Shown here piece by piece: positions 41,698-51,982 of a DNA stretch of 64,000 nucleotides. A model generated the notes under the pieces. That model ran no database searches, was not told the origin of the DNA, and saw only the letters and a program-made list of their open reading frames with translations. This DNA comes from an uncultured delta proteobacterium (GTDB lineage Bacteria > Desulfobacterota > BSN033 > UBA1163): positions 128,001-192,000 of the forward strand of contig CAWHBU010000002.1 in the NCBI GenBank assembly GCA_963827685.1, written 5' to 3'. Both the position numbers and the translations under genes were made by a program. How positions within the stretch are numbered: the stretch's first letter is position 1; every line of letters starts with the position of its first letter.

Positions 41698-42022
41698 GCA
41701 TTTCGGAGGTAGTGCTGCTTTATTTTCGACATTCTTGGCGGGATGGCAAACTGCGTAAAAGGATTGATCGTCTTCATTGGAGAGGTCTACCCTAACCGTA
41801 CTATTGGATCCCTCCGTTGATTAACAGAGATATTCGACCGTTAGTATAAGCGTTTATTATTTTATATCTCTTATATCTTATGTGATCTGGTCATAATTGG
41901 CTCGTATGTTCTGCAATAGATAGAAATAACCTTCCACAAAACAGGAATGGAAGCTATATATAGGTTGAATTGATTATAGACTGTTAAAAACTGGATATTC
42001 GGCCTTCAAAGGAGTAGGGTCA

Positions 42023-43450
42023 ATGAAAAGTTTAAATCAAGCTGAACTTACTAAGATGATCGAAATATTAGAGGGGATTGTATCTAAAGGATATGTTGCT
42101 ACAAATATCTTTGAACGTATCAAAAACACCCTTGATGTGTTCCCATATGAAGTTGAAAAAGGACAAATTTGCCACGTCGTGGTTATGGCCGGATCAAGAA
42201 GCGAGGTCAGTGAAGTTATGAAATACTCTAATAGTGTAAAGATGCCTGTATTTATCAGAGGATCTGGAACACACTTAGGAGGCGCCTATAGGCCCCATAT
42301 GCCTGGTATCGTTATCAATACGCATAGGCTTAGTAAGATAGAGTTGTACGAAGATTATGGCTTTTTTGAATGCGAGCCAGGATGTATAGTTGGTAAAGTT
42401 GGTGATAAGTTAGCTGAATTAGGATATTTCCTTCCCATGGCACCGGGTAGCCGTGATACTGCAACTATGGGGGGATTAATTGTCAACAACACAAGTGGAC
42501 ACATTGTGGATTCCTCTATTGGAAAACCTGGAGATTACGTTCTGGGACTAGAGGTGGTCCTCCCCAATGGTGATATCATTGAGACTGGGACCAAAGGCTT
42601 GAGAAGGCCTGCCGGCACTGACCTAACCAAATTGTTTCTCGGGAGTGACGGACTTTTAGGGGTGATAACGAAAATCAGGATGAGGCTGGTTCCGGCAGTA
42701 AAACAAGCATATGGACTTGCAGTTTATAATGATCTCCTTTCTTTAGCACGGGGTGTGCAAAGAATGTACATGGAGAGATGCCCAGCTCCTTTGTTTATGG
42801 AATTCCTAGATGCTGGAAGCGCCAAGATCGGGTTCGAACTTAGGGGATTAGAACCCCCGAGGGGAGCTGTAAACATTTTTGTAAGTATTGGTCATTCAGA
42901 AGAAGAAGCATCTGAAAAAGCAGATACGGTTTTAAAGTCACTCAAAGCAGAAGGCCCACTCGATGCATATCAGGTGAAAGATGTGACTATTTGGAATAAA
43001 ATCTGGTCTTCCAGAGAGGTTATTGGTTCTAATCTGATGCAGCAACGTGGAGAACAACTCAAAACTGCAGAAATAGTTTCTAACCTGAAGGAGTTGGTTT
43101 ACTGTATGGAGGATTGTGTAGATTTTAATAGAGGGTTGCCATTATTGAGTCAGCTGGAGCTTTATCTCTTTGGCCATATTGGTGCTTTGACATTTCATCC
43201 TGCATGTTTAATTCCCCGACATTGGGATAATGATAAAAAGAAAATGGCTATTAATGAGCTATTTCAAAAAGATGCGGAGCTAAACGTTAAATATAGCACG
43301 TGTGGTGGTGAATGGGGACAGTTTGCGAAGAGAAAGGATTTCTTTATAAAAAGATATGGTGAAAAGAGCTATCAAATCGTAAAGGATTTGAAAAAAATGT
43401 TCGACCCTAATAATATTTTAAACCCTGGCATTTTGGAAGGTTATCGATGA
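42023..43450 (+). CDS. FAD-linked oxidase/dehydrogenase (GlcD/LctD-like)
   Basis: RGSGTHLGG, ATMGG, GLEVVLPNG, LFLGSDGLLGVIT, FDPNNILNPG. Confidence 0.9.
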   Translation: MKSLNQAELTKMIEILEGIVSKGYVATNIFERIKNTLDVFPYEVEKGQICHVVVMAGSRSEVSEVMKYSNSVKMPVFIRGSGTHLGGAYRPHMPGIVINTHRLSKIELYEDYGFFECEPGCIVGKVGDKLAELGYFLPMAPGSRDTATMGGLIVNNTSGHIVDSSIGKPGDYVLGLEVVLPNGDIIETGTKGLRRPAGTDLTKLFLGSDGLLGVITKIRMRLVPAVKQAYGLAVYNDLLSLARGVQRMYMERCPAPLFMEFLDAGSAKIGFELRGLEPPRGAVNIFVSIGHSEEEASEKADTVLKSLKAEGPLDAYQVKDVTIWNKIWSSREVIGSNLMQQRGEQLKTAEIVSNLKELVYCMEDCVDFNRGLPLLSQLELYLFGHIGALTFHPACLIPRHWDNDKKKMAINELFQKDAELNVKYSTCGGEWGQFAKRKDFFIKRYGEKSYQIVKDLKKMFDPNNILNPGILEGYR

Positions 43451-43496
43451 AAAAGTTGACATACTATTTAAGTTCCGTAGCAAGGGGGAGAAGCCA

Positions 43497-44699
43497 GTGA
43501 ATGAAGAAAATATTATTGACAAATTGAAAGAGACCATCGTGGACATTGCCCAAAGATGCAGGAACTGCAACAATTGTTATTCAGTTTGTCCACTATTTGA
43601 ATCCACAAGAGGATTTCAGGTCCAAGGTCCATCGGGTATACTACAAGCCATTTCCTATGGGATTAAATGGGACGAACTAGAGGGAGATGAAAGAGAAATC
43701 TTGAGAAATATACTATATGCTTGTACTACCTGTTACAGTTGTGTTTTGAAGTGTAAGAGTAGAGCATCTGGTGTTCCCATTTTAGATGCTATACAGGGAG
43801 GTCGAAAGCTGTTAGTTGAGTTGATGATAGGGCCAATGCCTAAACAGATCAAGGTATTAGAATCTTTAGAGCAGGAAGGAAATCCATATGATGAACTCGC
43901 ATTAAAGCGATTGGATTGGTTGAAAGATTTGGGGAAAGAGAGATCGCTTAATAGCAAGCTTTTACCAAGAGATAAGGCTGAAATTTTGCTATTTGCGGGT
44001 TGCACGGCTTCCTATAATGTTGATCTGAAGAATGTAGCATCCTCCGTAGTAAGATTGTTAGAGGCTGTCGGAGCCGATTACGGAGTACTGGAACAGGAGA
44101 AATGTTGTGGTTACCCGGCGAAGAGAATGGGAGAAGAGGGTTTATTCGGAGACCTTGCCCAAGATAATTTAGAAAAATTTAATGGAAGCGGTGTTCAAAC
44201 CATCCTCACCATTTCACCTCACTGTTCCAATATCTTTGTCAATGAATATCCTGATGGTATAAAGAAATTCAAAATTCAACACTACACAGAGTTTTTCGCA
44301 GACATGATCGGGAGCAAGAAACTCAATCCCAAGTTCATGGGGGAGAGGGTTGTAACCTACCAAGATCCCTGTGATTTGGGAAAGAGACAAGGCGTTTACG
44401 ATCCCCCGAGGGAGGTTCTAAAGAGTCTCCCCGGTGTCTCCCTCGTTGAGATGAAAAGAAATAGGGAGAACAGTCTATGTTGTGGCGGAGGTGGCGGAAG
44501 AATGTGGATTGAAACTGAGGAGACCCAAAGACTGTCGGAGACAAGGGTGAAAGAAGCTTTGGCCGCGGGGGCTGAAACCATTGCGACCGCTTGCCCTTGG
44601 TGCCATATTCAGCTGGAAGATGCCGTTAAGACAATTGGTAATGGGAGAAAAATAAAGGTTAAAGACGTTGCCGAACTCTTGGCGGAATCTATCAAATAA
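43497..44699 (+). CDS. GlcF/HdrD-like Fe-S protein with CCG domains
   Basis: CRNCNNCYSVCP, CTTCYSCVLKC, CCG, YQDPCDLG, CCGGGGG, TACPWC. Confidence 0.9.
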   Translation: MNEENIIDKLKETIVDIAQRCRNCNNCYSVCPLFESTRGFQVQGPSGILQAISYGIKWDELEGDEREILRNILYACTTCYSCVLKCKSRASGVPILDAIQGGRKLLVELMIGPMPKQIKVLESLEQEGNPYDELALKRLDWLKDLGKERSLNSKLLPRDKAEILLFAGCTASYNVDLKNVASSVVRLLEAVGADYGVLEQEKCCGYPAKRMGEEGLFGDLAQDNLEKFNGSGVQTILTISPHCSNIFVNEYPDGIKKFKIQHYTEFFADMIGSKKLNPKFMGERVVTYQDPCDLGKRQGVYDPPREVLKSLPGVSLVEMKRNRENSLCCGGGGGRMWIETEETQRLSETRVKEALAAGAETIATACPWCHIQLEDAVKTIGNGRKIKVKDVAELLAESIK

Positions 44700-44717
44700 A
44701 GTCAGAGGACTGCTGTG

Positions 44718-45503
44718 ATGGAGATTTTTGTTTGTTTACGACAGACGCCCATTATCAAAGGAGAACCCAAAATCCGGACGGACAGGAAATCGTTGGATCT
44801 TTCTGGGATTAACCGACACACAAATGAATGGGATACGTATGCCTTGGAGGAAGCCCTTGAGATAGTACAGAAATATGGCGGGAATGTGACAATTGTTTCA
44901 TTAGGCCCAAAAGAGGTGGAAGATGTGCTTTTCCATGGTTTGGCAGCCGGAGCAGGAAAAGCAATACATATTGTGACGCCGGACCAACAAGAAATTGATA
45001 ATTGGATGATCAGTAATGTGCTCAATCATTTCATTAACAAACAACCCTTCGATCTGATCTTGACGGGAGTCCAGGCAGAAGACGATGGGTGTGCTGAGAT
45101 CGGGCCAGCCCTTGCTTATCTTTTGAAAATCCCCCATGCAACCATGGTGATAAAGACTGAATATGAGAAGGATCAGAAAGAAATGAAGGTGATCAGGGAA
45201 TTGGAAAGCGGATACAAGGAGTCTCTCTGTCTAAGGCTGCCAGCTCTATTGACCATCCAGACGGGAATTAACCAGCCTCGATATGTATCCACAATGAGGT
45301 TAAGAAGATTCAAAAAGGAAGAAGCGATTACAAAGCTTTCTTTTTTGGATATCGCCTCAGAATTGAAGATCATACCGAGAATGGAGATTTTGGAAGTTTG
45401 CTCGTACAAACCGGAGGCTTCCCAAGTAGAGTGGTTGGAGGGAGGAACCCCAGCGATCGTTGATCAATTGTTTGAACGGTTGCGTGCGAAAGGGGTTTTA
45501 TAA
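44718..45503 (+). CDS. etfB: Electron transfer flavoprotein beta subunit
   Basis: IFVCLRQTP, NEWDTYALEEA, DLILTGVQAED, NQPRY. Confidence 0.92.
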   Translation: MEIFVCLRQTPIIKGEPKIRTDRKSLDLSGINRHTNEWDTYALEEALEIVQKYGGNVTIVSLGPKEVEDVLFHGLAAGAGKAIHIVTPDQQEIDNWMISNVLNHFINKQPFDLILTGVQAEDDGCAEIGPALAYLLKIPHATMVIKTEYEKDQKEMKVIRELESGYKESLCLRLPALLTIQTGINQPRYVSTMRLRRFKKEEAITKLSFLDIASELKIIPRMEILEVCSYKPEASQVEWLEGGTPAIVDQLFERLRAKGVL

Positions 45504-45504
45504 A

Positions 45505-46482
45505 ATGAGTGGTAAGATTCTACTGATCGTTGAGCATAGAGAAAATGAGATTAGAGAAGTTGTCTGGGAGCTCCTTTCGGGGATCGGAAAATGGGCTGAA
45601 GATCATAAGATGAAACTGGAAGGGGTGCTATTAGGACAGAGCCAAGAGGAGTTCGTCAATGAATTGGCAGGATCCTTAAGTAGACTATATTATGTCGAGG
45701 ATAAAAACTTAGTGTATTACACATGGGAACATTATCTGAGTGCCCTGATACCGCTTATTCAAAAAGTGAGACCTAGTTTGGTCATCCTCGGGCATACCAG
45801 TATGGGTATGGATCTGGGGCCGAGACTTGCTGCATCAATGTGCAGCCCCTATCTTCCCGATTGTCTTGGCTTGGAATTCCGTGAGGTAGGTCTCGTTGTA
45901 ACACGGGAACTTTTCGGAGGCAAACTTAATGCTAAAGTTAAAGCGATTCCGAGTGAGCATTATTTTTTAACAGTAAGACCTGGAATATTCAATCCCAGTG
46001 CAGCGAGGAAAGGGAAAAAGCAGGTCGAGAAAATCCCTTACACAATCGATGCGAAAGGGTTCATGACAAAGTGGTTGGAATTAATGAAGCCATCTCACGA
46101 GGCAGTCGATATAAGCAAGTCAGATATTGTCATTGGAGTGGGTAGAGGAATCGGAGATAAAGATAAATTGAAAGTGGTAGAGGATTTGGCAAGAGCAACG
46201 GGAGGTGCTTTGGCGGCCACCCGGCCTGTCATCGATAACGGATGGCTGCCTGGAGAGAGACAGGTCGGGCAGTCGGGAAAGACCGTTAGACCCAAACTAT
46301 ACATCGCCTGTGGTATCAGTGGAGCATCCCAGCACAATATCGGAGTGAAGAAATCAGAGACGATTGTAGCCATTAATGTGGATCCGAGAGCGCCCATTTT
46401 CAGAATTGCTCATTATGGGATCGTCGGAGATTTATTTGAAATTGTCCCAGCGATCACGGAAAAGATTCGGTCGATGAAATAA
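45505..46482 (+). CDS. etfA: Electron transfer flavoprotein alpha subunit
   Basis: GVGRG, ATRP, RQVGQSGKTVRPKLYIACGISGASQH, AINVDPRAPIF. Confidence 0.95.
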   Translation: MSGKILLIVEHRENEIREVVWELLSGIGKWAEDHKMKLEGVLLGQSQEEFVNELAGSLSRLYYVEDKNLVYYTWEHYLSALIPLIQKVRPSLVILGHTSMGMDLGPRLAASMCSPYLPDCLGLEFREVGLVVTRELFGGKLNAKVKAIPSEHYFLTVRPGIFNPSAARKGKKQVEKIPYTIDAKGFMTKWLELMKPSHEAVDISKSDIVIGVGRGIGDKDKLKVVEDLARATGGALAATRPVIDNGWLPGERQVGQSGKTVRPKLYIACGISGASQHNIGVKKSETIVAINVDPRAPIFRIAHYGIVGDLFEIVPAITEKIRSMK

Positions 46483-46500
46483 ATTTCGTGAAATAGAGTC

Positions 46501-48588
46501 ATGAGCTTAGAGTTGATTGCAACGAGAGAAGTTTTCTTAGGATTCTCTTCCGGTTTAAAAGTGGCTTTTTATGCCGTCGCATTTTTCTTCCTAGGTCTTT
46601 TCATTTGGGGTCTAATTCAAAGATATAAGAAGTATCGCTGCGGGAGGGAACATGAAGGGATTACGGACATTGGTGAAAGAATAGTGATGTCCCTGAAAAC
46701 TTCTCTCAGTAATGTAACGCTCATCAGGGATGATCCTTATTCTGGGATCTCCCACCTTTTCATGATGTGGGGTTTCGTTATTCTCCTGATAGGAACAATG
46801 ATCATTGCCTTCAACTTCGATATCCTTTCTTTGATCAATAAGAATTGGAACTTCTGGCATGGATCGTTTTATTTGTGGTTCTCTTTCCTTTTAGATTTGT
46901 TTGGTCTCTTGCTCCTCATTGGAATTCTCATGATGGTTTTTAGGAGAACAGTTTGGAGATCCCCACGCTTGGATTATCACAGAGTAGATAGGGGAGTTGG
47001 GAATTATGATCGAAAAAGGTATGTGCTTGGTGATTGGATTTTCCTGGGAAGCTTATTGGTGATCTGTGTGAGTGGGTTCTTGCTGGAAGGAATACGGATA
47101 GCTATCACCCATCCCCTTGATAGTGCTTGGTCGTTCGTAGGAAAGATCGTTGGAGAAGTGCTCTCAGATGAAATGGGGATCGGGGGAGGGTTAACCACCT
47201 ATAAGGTGGTTTGGTGGTTTCATGGGCTTCTGAGCCTCATGTTTATTGCTTATCTTCCATTTTCCAAAGGAGTTCATGTCATTGTCGATTTCGTCAACGT
47301 ATTTTTTAAAACGGATCAGAGAGGGAGGGTCCCTCCTTTCTTTAAGGAGGAAATGAATTTCGATAGACCTGGCTACATTGAATTGAAAAATTTCACTTGG
47401 AAAGAGTTGTTGGATATGGATGCCTGTACAAAATGTGGGAGATGCCACATCTCATGTCCTGCCGTAATTTCAGGCCTGCCATTATCACCTAGGGATTTCA
47501 TATTAGATCTTCGCGATTTCCTCTCCGCAAAAGCAAAAATGGTCGCGTTTTGGGATAGCGAGGCCAGAGCAAATCAATGCGAGAAGGTAGTCGGTGGTCT
47601 TATAAGGGAAAAAACCCTTTGGTCATGCACCACCTGTTTGTCTTGTACAGAACACTGTCCCGTGTTCATCCAGCATCTGCCTCTCATCATTAAAATGAGA
47701 AGGCATATGATAGAGGAGGGGGGCGTTGACGGAGGTATCCAAAATGCCTTTGTCAATGTTTCAGAGTGTGGAAATTCATTTGGTGAGGAAGGTGCGAATC
47801 GGGGGAAATGGGGGAAAGCCCTTCATTTTAAGGTGAAGGATATTAGAAAAGAATCTGCAGAAGTTTTATGGTTTGTTGGGGATTTCGCCTCCTTCGATAA
47901 CAGGGCTGTAGAGGCAACAAAGGCCTTCGCCCGTGTGTTAGGCATCTTCGGCGTTGATTTTGGTATTTTATATGATGGTGAGAGAAATGCCGGAAATGAT
48001 ATTCGACGAATAGGAGAAGAGGGGCTGTTTGAAGAGCTTTGCGAGCACAATAGTAAGATGTTAAAAGGATGCCAATTTGATAGGGTCGTGACCGCAGACC
48101 CCCATTCGATGAACAGTTTGAAGTATGATTATCCAGACCTCGGGCACCCGATCCTCCATCACACGGAATTGCTTAATGAACTCATCCGGAGGGGGAAAAT
48201 TCAACCGAAAAAAAGACTGAGCTACAGAGTTACCTATCATGATCCCTGCTATCTGGGGCGTTATTCAGGGATATATGAATCTCCCAGAAATCTATTGAAA
48301 CATTTAGGAGTGGATTTGGTGGAAATGTCCCACTCAGGTCGAAATAGTCTGTGCTGTGGAGCGGGTGGAGGAAGGGTGTGGATATCGGAGAGGGAGAACT
48401 TCGAGGTGCGTTTGAGCCATATGAGAATTAAGGAAGCCCAAGATGCACAAGCCAATTGTATCGCGGTCTCATGTCCCAAGTGTCTTGTGATGTTTGAAGA
48501 TGCCCTTAAAGCAATGGGGCTTAACAAAGAGCTTGTTGTGAAGGACGTTAGCGAATTGCTGTTAGAATCTCTGGACGCGGCTCCTTAA
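46501..48588 (+). CDS. Membrane-anchored FeS oxidoreductase (NarI/HdrE-like TM domain, 4Fe-4S and CCG; DUF224/EMO-like)
   Basis: About 5-6 TM helices with His residues (SHLFMMWGF, WWFHG, KGVH), CTKCGRCHISCP, CTTCLSCTEHCP, YHDPCYLGR, CCGAGGG. Confidence 0.88.
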   Translation: MSLELIATREVFLGFSSGLKVAFYAVAFFFLGLFIWGLIQRYKKYRCGREHEGITDIGERIVMSLKTSLSNVTLIRDDPYSGISHLFMMWGFVILLIGTMIIAFNFDILSLINKNWNFWHGSFYLWFSFLLDLFGLLLLIGILMMVFRRTVWRSPRLDYHRVDRGVGNYDRKRYVLGDWIFLGSLLVICVSGFLLEGIRIAITHPLDSAWSFVGKIVGEVLSDEMGIGGGLTTYKVVWWFHGLLSLMFIAYLPFSKGVHVIVDFVNVFFKTDQRGRVPPFFKEEMNFDRPGYIELKNFTWKELLDMDACTKCGRCHISCPAVISGLPLSPRDFILDLRDFLSAKAKMVAFWDSEARANQCEKVVGGLIREKTLWSCTTCLSCTEHCPVFIQHLPLIIKMRRHMIEEGGVDGGIQNAFVNVSECGNSFGEEGANRGKWGKALHFKVKDIRKESAEVLWFVGDFASFDNRAVEATKAFARVLGIFGVDFGILYDGERNAGNDIRRIGEEGLFEELCEHNSKMLKGCQFDRVVTADPHSMNSLKYDYPDLGHPILHHTELLNELIRRGKIQPKKRLSYRVTYHDPCYLGRYSGIYESPRNLLKHLGVDLVEMSHSGRNSLCCGAGGGRVWISERENFEVRLSHMRIKEAQDAQANCIAVSCPKCLVMFEDALKAMGLNKELVVKDVSELLLESLDAAP

Positions 48589-48665
48589 AGTTACAAAACA
48601 CCACCAATTTCATTTGATAATAGCTGATATTTCAATCTTAGCAACTTCTATGGATAAGGTAAATA

Positions 48666-49016
48666 ATGAACGAAACCTGTCCTAACACAAATTTTAAAAT
48701 TGCAGACCAAGATGAGAAGAAAAGAGATAAACCACAAATAGACATCTTTAGGGCTTGGTGTAAGGCTTGCGGAATTTGTGTGGCTTTTTGTCCAACGGGT
48801 GCTTTGACCAAAGACGAAGCAGGCAATCCCTATGTGAAGGACATTGAGAAATGTATTAACTGCGGATGGTGTGAGATCCGGTGTCCGGATTTTGCCATCA
48901 CAGTTGAAACTAAAACCAAGGGGAAAAAGAGGGTTGAAGTAAAAGATGGAGAAGAAGAGACAAAGCCAAAGGGAGAAGAAGTCTCACCCGAAAGAATTGT
49001 TGCTTCAGGGCAATGA
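48666..49016 (+). CDS. korD: 2-oxoacid:ferredoxin oxidoreductase delta (ferredoxin) subunit
   Basis: CKACGICVAFCP and CINCGWCEIRCPDFAI; first gene of the kor operon. Confidence 0.88.
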   Translation: MNETCPNTNFKIADQDEKKRDKPQIDIFRAWCKACGICVAFCPTGALTKDEAGNPYVKDIEKCINCGWCEIRCPDFAITVETKTKGKKRVEVKDGEEETKPKGEEVSPERIVASGQ

Positions 49017-50115
49017 AGCTGTGGTGGAGGGAGCCCTCCGAGCAGGCTGCCGTTTCTTTGCAGGCTATCCGATTACTCCCGCTACTGAAATTTCCGAAAT
49101 CCTGTCGGTTAAGCTTCCTCAAGTGGACGGGACCTTCATCCAGATGGAGGATGAGATTGCAAGCCTGGGTGCAGTGATTGGAGCCTCTCTGGCGGGGGTG
49201 AAGTCCATGACAGCGACCAGCGGTCCGGGATTCTCCTTGATGCAGGAAAACCTTGGCTTCGCGATCATTGCGGAGGTTCCTTGTGTGATCGTCGATGTCA
49301 TGCGAGGGGGGCCGAGCACCGGGCTTCCGACCTTTCCCTCTCAAAGCGATGTGATGCAGGCACGATGGGGAACCCACGGGGATCATCCGATCATTGTCCT
49401 TTCCGCTTCAACCGTCCGTGAATGTTATGAGATGACCATGAAGTCCTTCAACTTTTCGGAAAGATTTCGAACACCCGTGATCCTTCTGATCGATGAGGTT
49501 GTCGCTCACATGCGTGAGAAGATGGTGCTTACGGACGGAGGGGAGGTTGAAATTTTCAATCGGGTCAAGCCCACGGTTCCACCGGAATGGTATATTCCTT
49601 TTCAGGATACGCCCAGTGGCATTCCAGCCATGGCTAATTTTGGGGAAGGCTACCGATATCACGTCACAGGTCTCACCCATGACATTCGGGGCTTTCCTAC
49701 ATTGAGACCGGACGAGATCGGTCCCTTTATCGCGAGGCTCCATCGGAAGGTCAGTCAGCATTTCTCGGAGATTCAGATGGCTGAGTTTTTCCAGACAGAG
49801 GATGCTGACATCATCATTGTTGCATATGGATGTGTGGCTCGATCCGCTAAAAGGGCGGTGATTGAGGCGAGAGAGAAGGGCTTGAAAGTGGGGCTTCTCA
49901 AGCTGGTGACGATCTGGCCCTTCGTGAGGTCGGCCGTAGAAAAAGTCCTTCAGGTCTCGAAAATCCTTATTGTACCCGAGATGAATATGGGCCAGATCTC
50001 TCGTGAAGTGAAACGTGTCAACCGAGGGGTTGCGAAGGTCTTCGCTTTGAACAAAGTGGACGGAACCATCATCACTCCGGAGGAAATAATGAATCGAATT
50101 GTGGAGGTTTCGTGA
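48946..50115 (+). CDS. korA: 2-oxoacid:ferredoxin oxidoreductase alpha subunit
   Basis: GYPITP, QMEDE, TSGPG, RGGPSTG. Confidence 0.93.
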   Translation: MEKKRQSQREKKSHPKELLLQGNEAVVEGALRAGCRFFAGYPITPATEISEILSVKLPQVDGTFIQMEDEIASLGAVIGASLAGVKSMTATSGPGFSLMQENLGFAIIAEVPCVIVDVMRGGPSTGLPTFPSQSDVMQARWGTHGDHPIIVLSASTVRECYEMTMKSFNFSERFRTPVILLIDEVVAHMREKMVLTDGGEVEIFNRVKPTVPPEWYIPFQDTPSGIPAMANFGEGYRYHVTGLTHDIRGFPTLRPDEIGPFIARLHRKVSQHFSEIQMAEFFQTEDADIIIVAYGCVARSAKRAVIEAREKGLKVGLLKLVTIWPFVRSAVEKVLQVSKILIVPEMNMGQISREVKRVNRGVAKVFALNKVDGTIITPEEIMNRIVEVS

Positions 50116-50951
50116 TGGCAGAGGTCACCAAACTCATTCACAAATATCTTCGACATGACAAAAAATTTCCCCATGTCTGGTGCCCGGGCTGCGGAATCGG
50201 GATCATGCTGGGTGCTCTCATCCGGGCCATCGACCGGGTTGGCTATGAAAAGGATGAGATCGTTTTGGTCTCTGGAATCGGGTGTTCGGGAAGACTTCCG
50301 GTCTACGTGGACTTTAATACGCTTCATACAACCCATGGTCGAGCCCTCACCTTCGCGACCGGAGTGAAGCTGGCAAAGCCGAGCCTGAAAGTGATCGTCA
50401 TCATGGGCGACGGCGATGCGGTGGCGATCGGGGGGAATCATTTTATTCATGCGGCCAGAAGAAATATTGACGTCACATCCATCATTCTCAACAACAGTGT
50501 CTACGGAATGACGGGTGGACAGTATTCTCCGACTACTCCCTATGGGATGAGGTCCTCGACGACGGTCTACTCTAATATTGAACAATCCTTCAAGATCTCA
50601 GAATTAGCGGTCACAGCAGGAGCGGTCTTTGTAGGGAGGGGGACGGTTTATCATGCTAAACTTTTGGATAGCCTGATGGAGAAAGCTATTTTAAAAGAGG
50701 GTTTTTCGGTGGTGGAGGTCATTGCCCACTGCCACACGCAATATGGAAGGCAGAATCGTCTTGGCACGGCCGTGGAGATGATAGAATGGCAGCGGGATCA
50801 TGCGGTTATTGTGGAGAAGGCAGCCACGATGAAACCCGAGGAGTTGCAGGATAAGATCGTCATTGGAGTGTTGGCGGATAAGGAGCTTCCGGTTTATCAG
50901 GATGAGTATGAGAAGATTCGGGAGAGGTCGAAGGGGGCCATCGGGAGATAG
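50112..50951 (+). CDS. korB: 2-oxoacid:ferredoxin oxidoreductase beta subunit
   Basis: WCPGCG, GIGCS, GDGD, YGMTGGQYSPT. Confidence 0.93.
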   Translation: MMAEVTKLIHKYLRHDKKFPHVWCPGCGIGIMLGALIRAIDRVGYEKDEIVLVSGIGCSGRLPVYVDFNTLHTTHGRALTFATGVKLAKPSLKVIVIMGDGDAVAIGGNHFIHAARRNIDVTSIILNNSVYGMTGGQYSPTTPYGMRSSTTVYSNIEQSFKISELAVTAGAVFVGRGTVYHAKLLDSLMEKAILKEGFSVVEVIAHCHTQYGRQNRLGTAVEMIEWQRDHAVIVEKAATMKPEELQDKIVIGVLADKELPVYQDEYEKIRERSKGAIGR

Positions 50952-50952
50952 G

Positions 50953-51555
50953 ATGGGTTCTCGGTATGAAATACGTCTGAGCGGTTCGGGAGGTCAGGGG
51001 TTGATTCTGATGGGAATCATCTTAGCGGAAGCGATTGGAATTTATGATGGAAAATATGTCGCCCAGACCCAGAGTTACGGGCCAGAGGCCAGAGGGGGGT
51101 CCAGCAAGTCGGAGGTGATCGTCAGCGACAAAGAGATTGACTATCCGAAAGCGATGAAGCTCGACCTTCTCCTTGCGATGAACCAAAAATCTTGTGATGA
51201 GTTTTTTCCAGATTTAAAACCCGAGGGGACCCTGATCGTCGATTCCACCTTTGTCACTCAGCTTCCCACGCCGAAAGCCTTCCAGATTCCCTTTACCCGC
51301 ATTGCGCGGGAGAAGTTCAAAAGGGAGGTTGTGGCGAATATCATCGCTCTGGGAGCTCTGTCTCAATTGACTCCCATCGTCTCGGCAAAAGCAGTTGAAT
51401 CGGCTGTCCTGGCAAGGGTGCCCAGAGGCACAGAGAAATTGAACCGGGATGCCTTGAGGGCGGGGATGAATGCTGCCAAACGGGCGAAGAAAGCGTGGAT
51501 GAAATCGGAAGTGGTTCCAGAGGTTCTCAAAGAAGACCTTTTAGATTCATATTGA
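50953..51555 (+). CDS. korC: 2-oxoacid:ferredoxin oxidoreductase gamma subunit
   Basis: GSGGQG, SYGPEARGG. Confidence 0.93.
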   Translation: MGSRYEIRLSGSGGQGLILMGIILAEAIGIYDGKYVAQTQSYGPEARGGSSKSEVIVSDKEIDYPKAMKLDLLLAMNQKSCDEFFPDLKPEGTLIVDSTFVTQLPTPKAFQIPFTRIAREKFKREVVANIIALGALSQLTPIVSAKAVESAVLARVPRGTEKLNRDALRAGMNAAKRAKKAWMKSEVVPEVLKEDLLDSY

Positions 51556-51982
51556 TATACTTAAAGGATCGCTCTCGCCGCTAAGCAAAAGAAATATATC
51601 GATTGTTTTTTCACGAATAAAATTCAACCTTATGGCTATTAGATTGGGTAGGTGAGTAGCTACCGAATTTGAATAACCAGCCACCCTTCCATTACTCATT
51701 GACACCCTGTTCCTAATTTTGTAAATTTCGATTGAAACCAAACCTAAATACAAGCAGCTCGGCGACAGAACTCAAAAACGAATTCTCATGGAAGGAAGAA
51801 GAAATTCCACCCTGACTTGAGAGAAGGAATTCAAGGCGCAGCTTGCACAATCTGACAGATTATTTCTTTTCATAAATAGCCTCCCTCGAAAATGGGATGT
51901 TTCCACATTAAAAGACCTTTCGTTATAAAACCTCGTTGGAATTTTGAAAAGACAGTAACATCTTCGAAAAAAGACTGTTTCC

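Noticed and set aside
41897-41916. Sigma-54 promoter TTGGCTCGTATGTTCTGCA before the FAD oxidase
   Set aside because: GG-GC spacing is 12 nt instead of the required 10.
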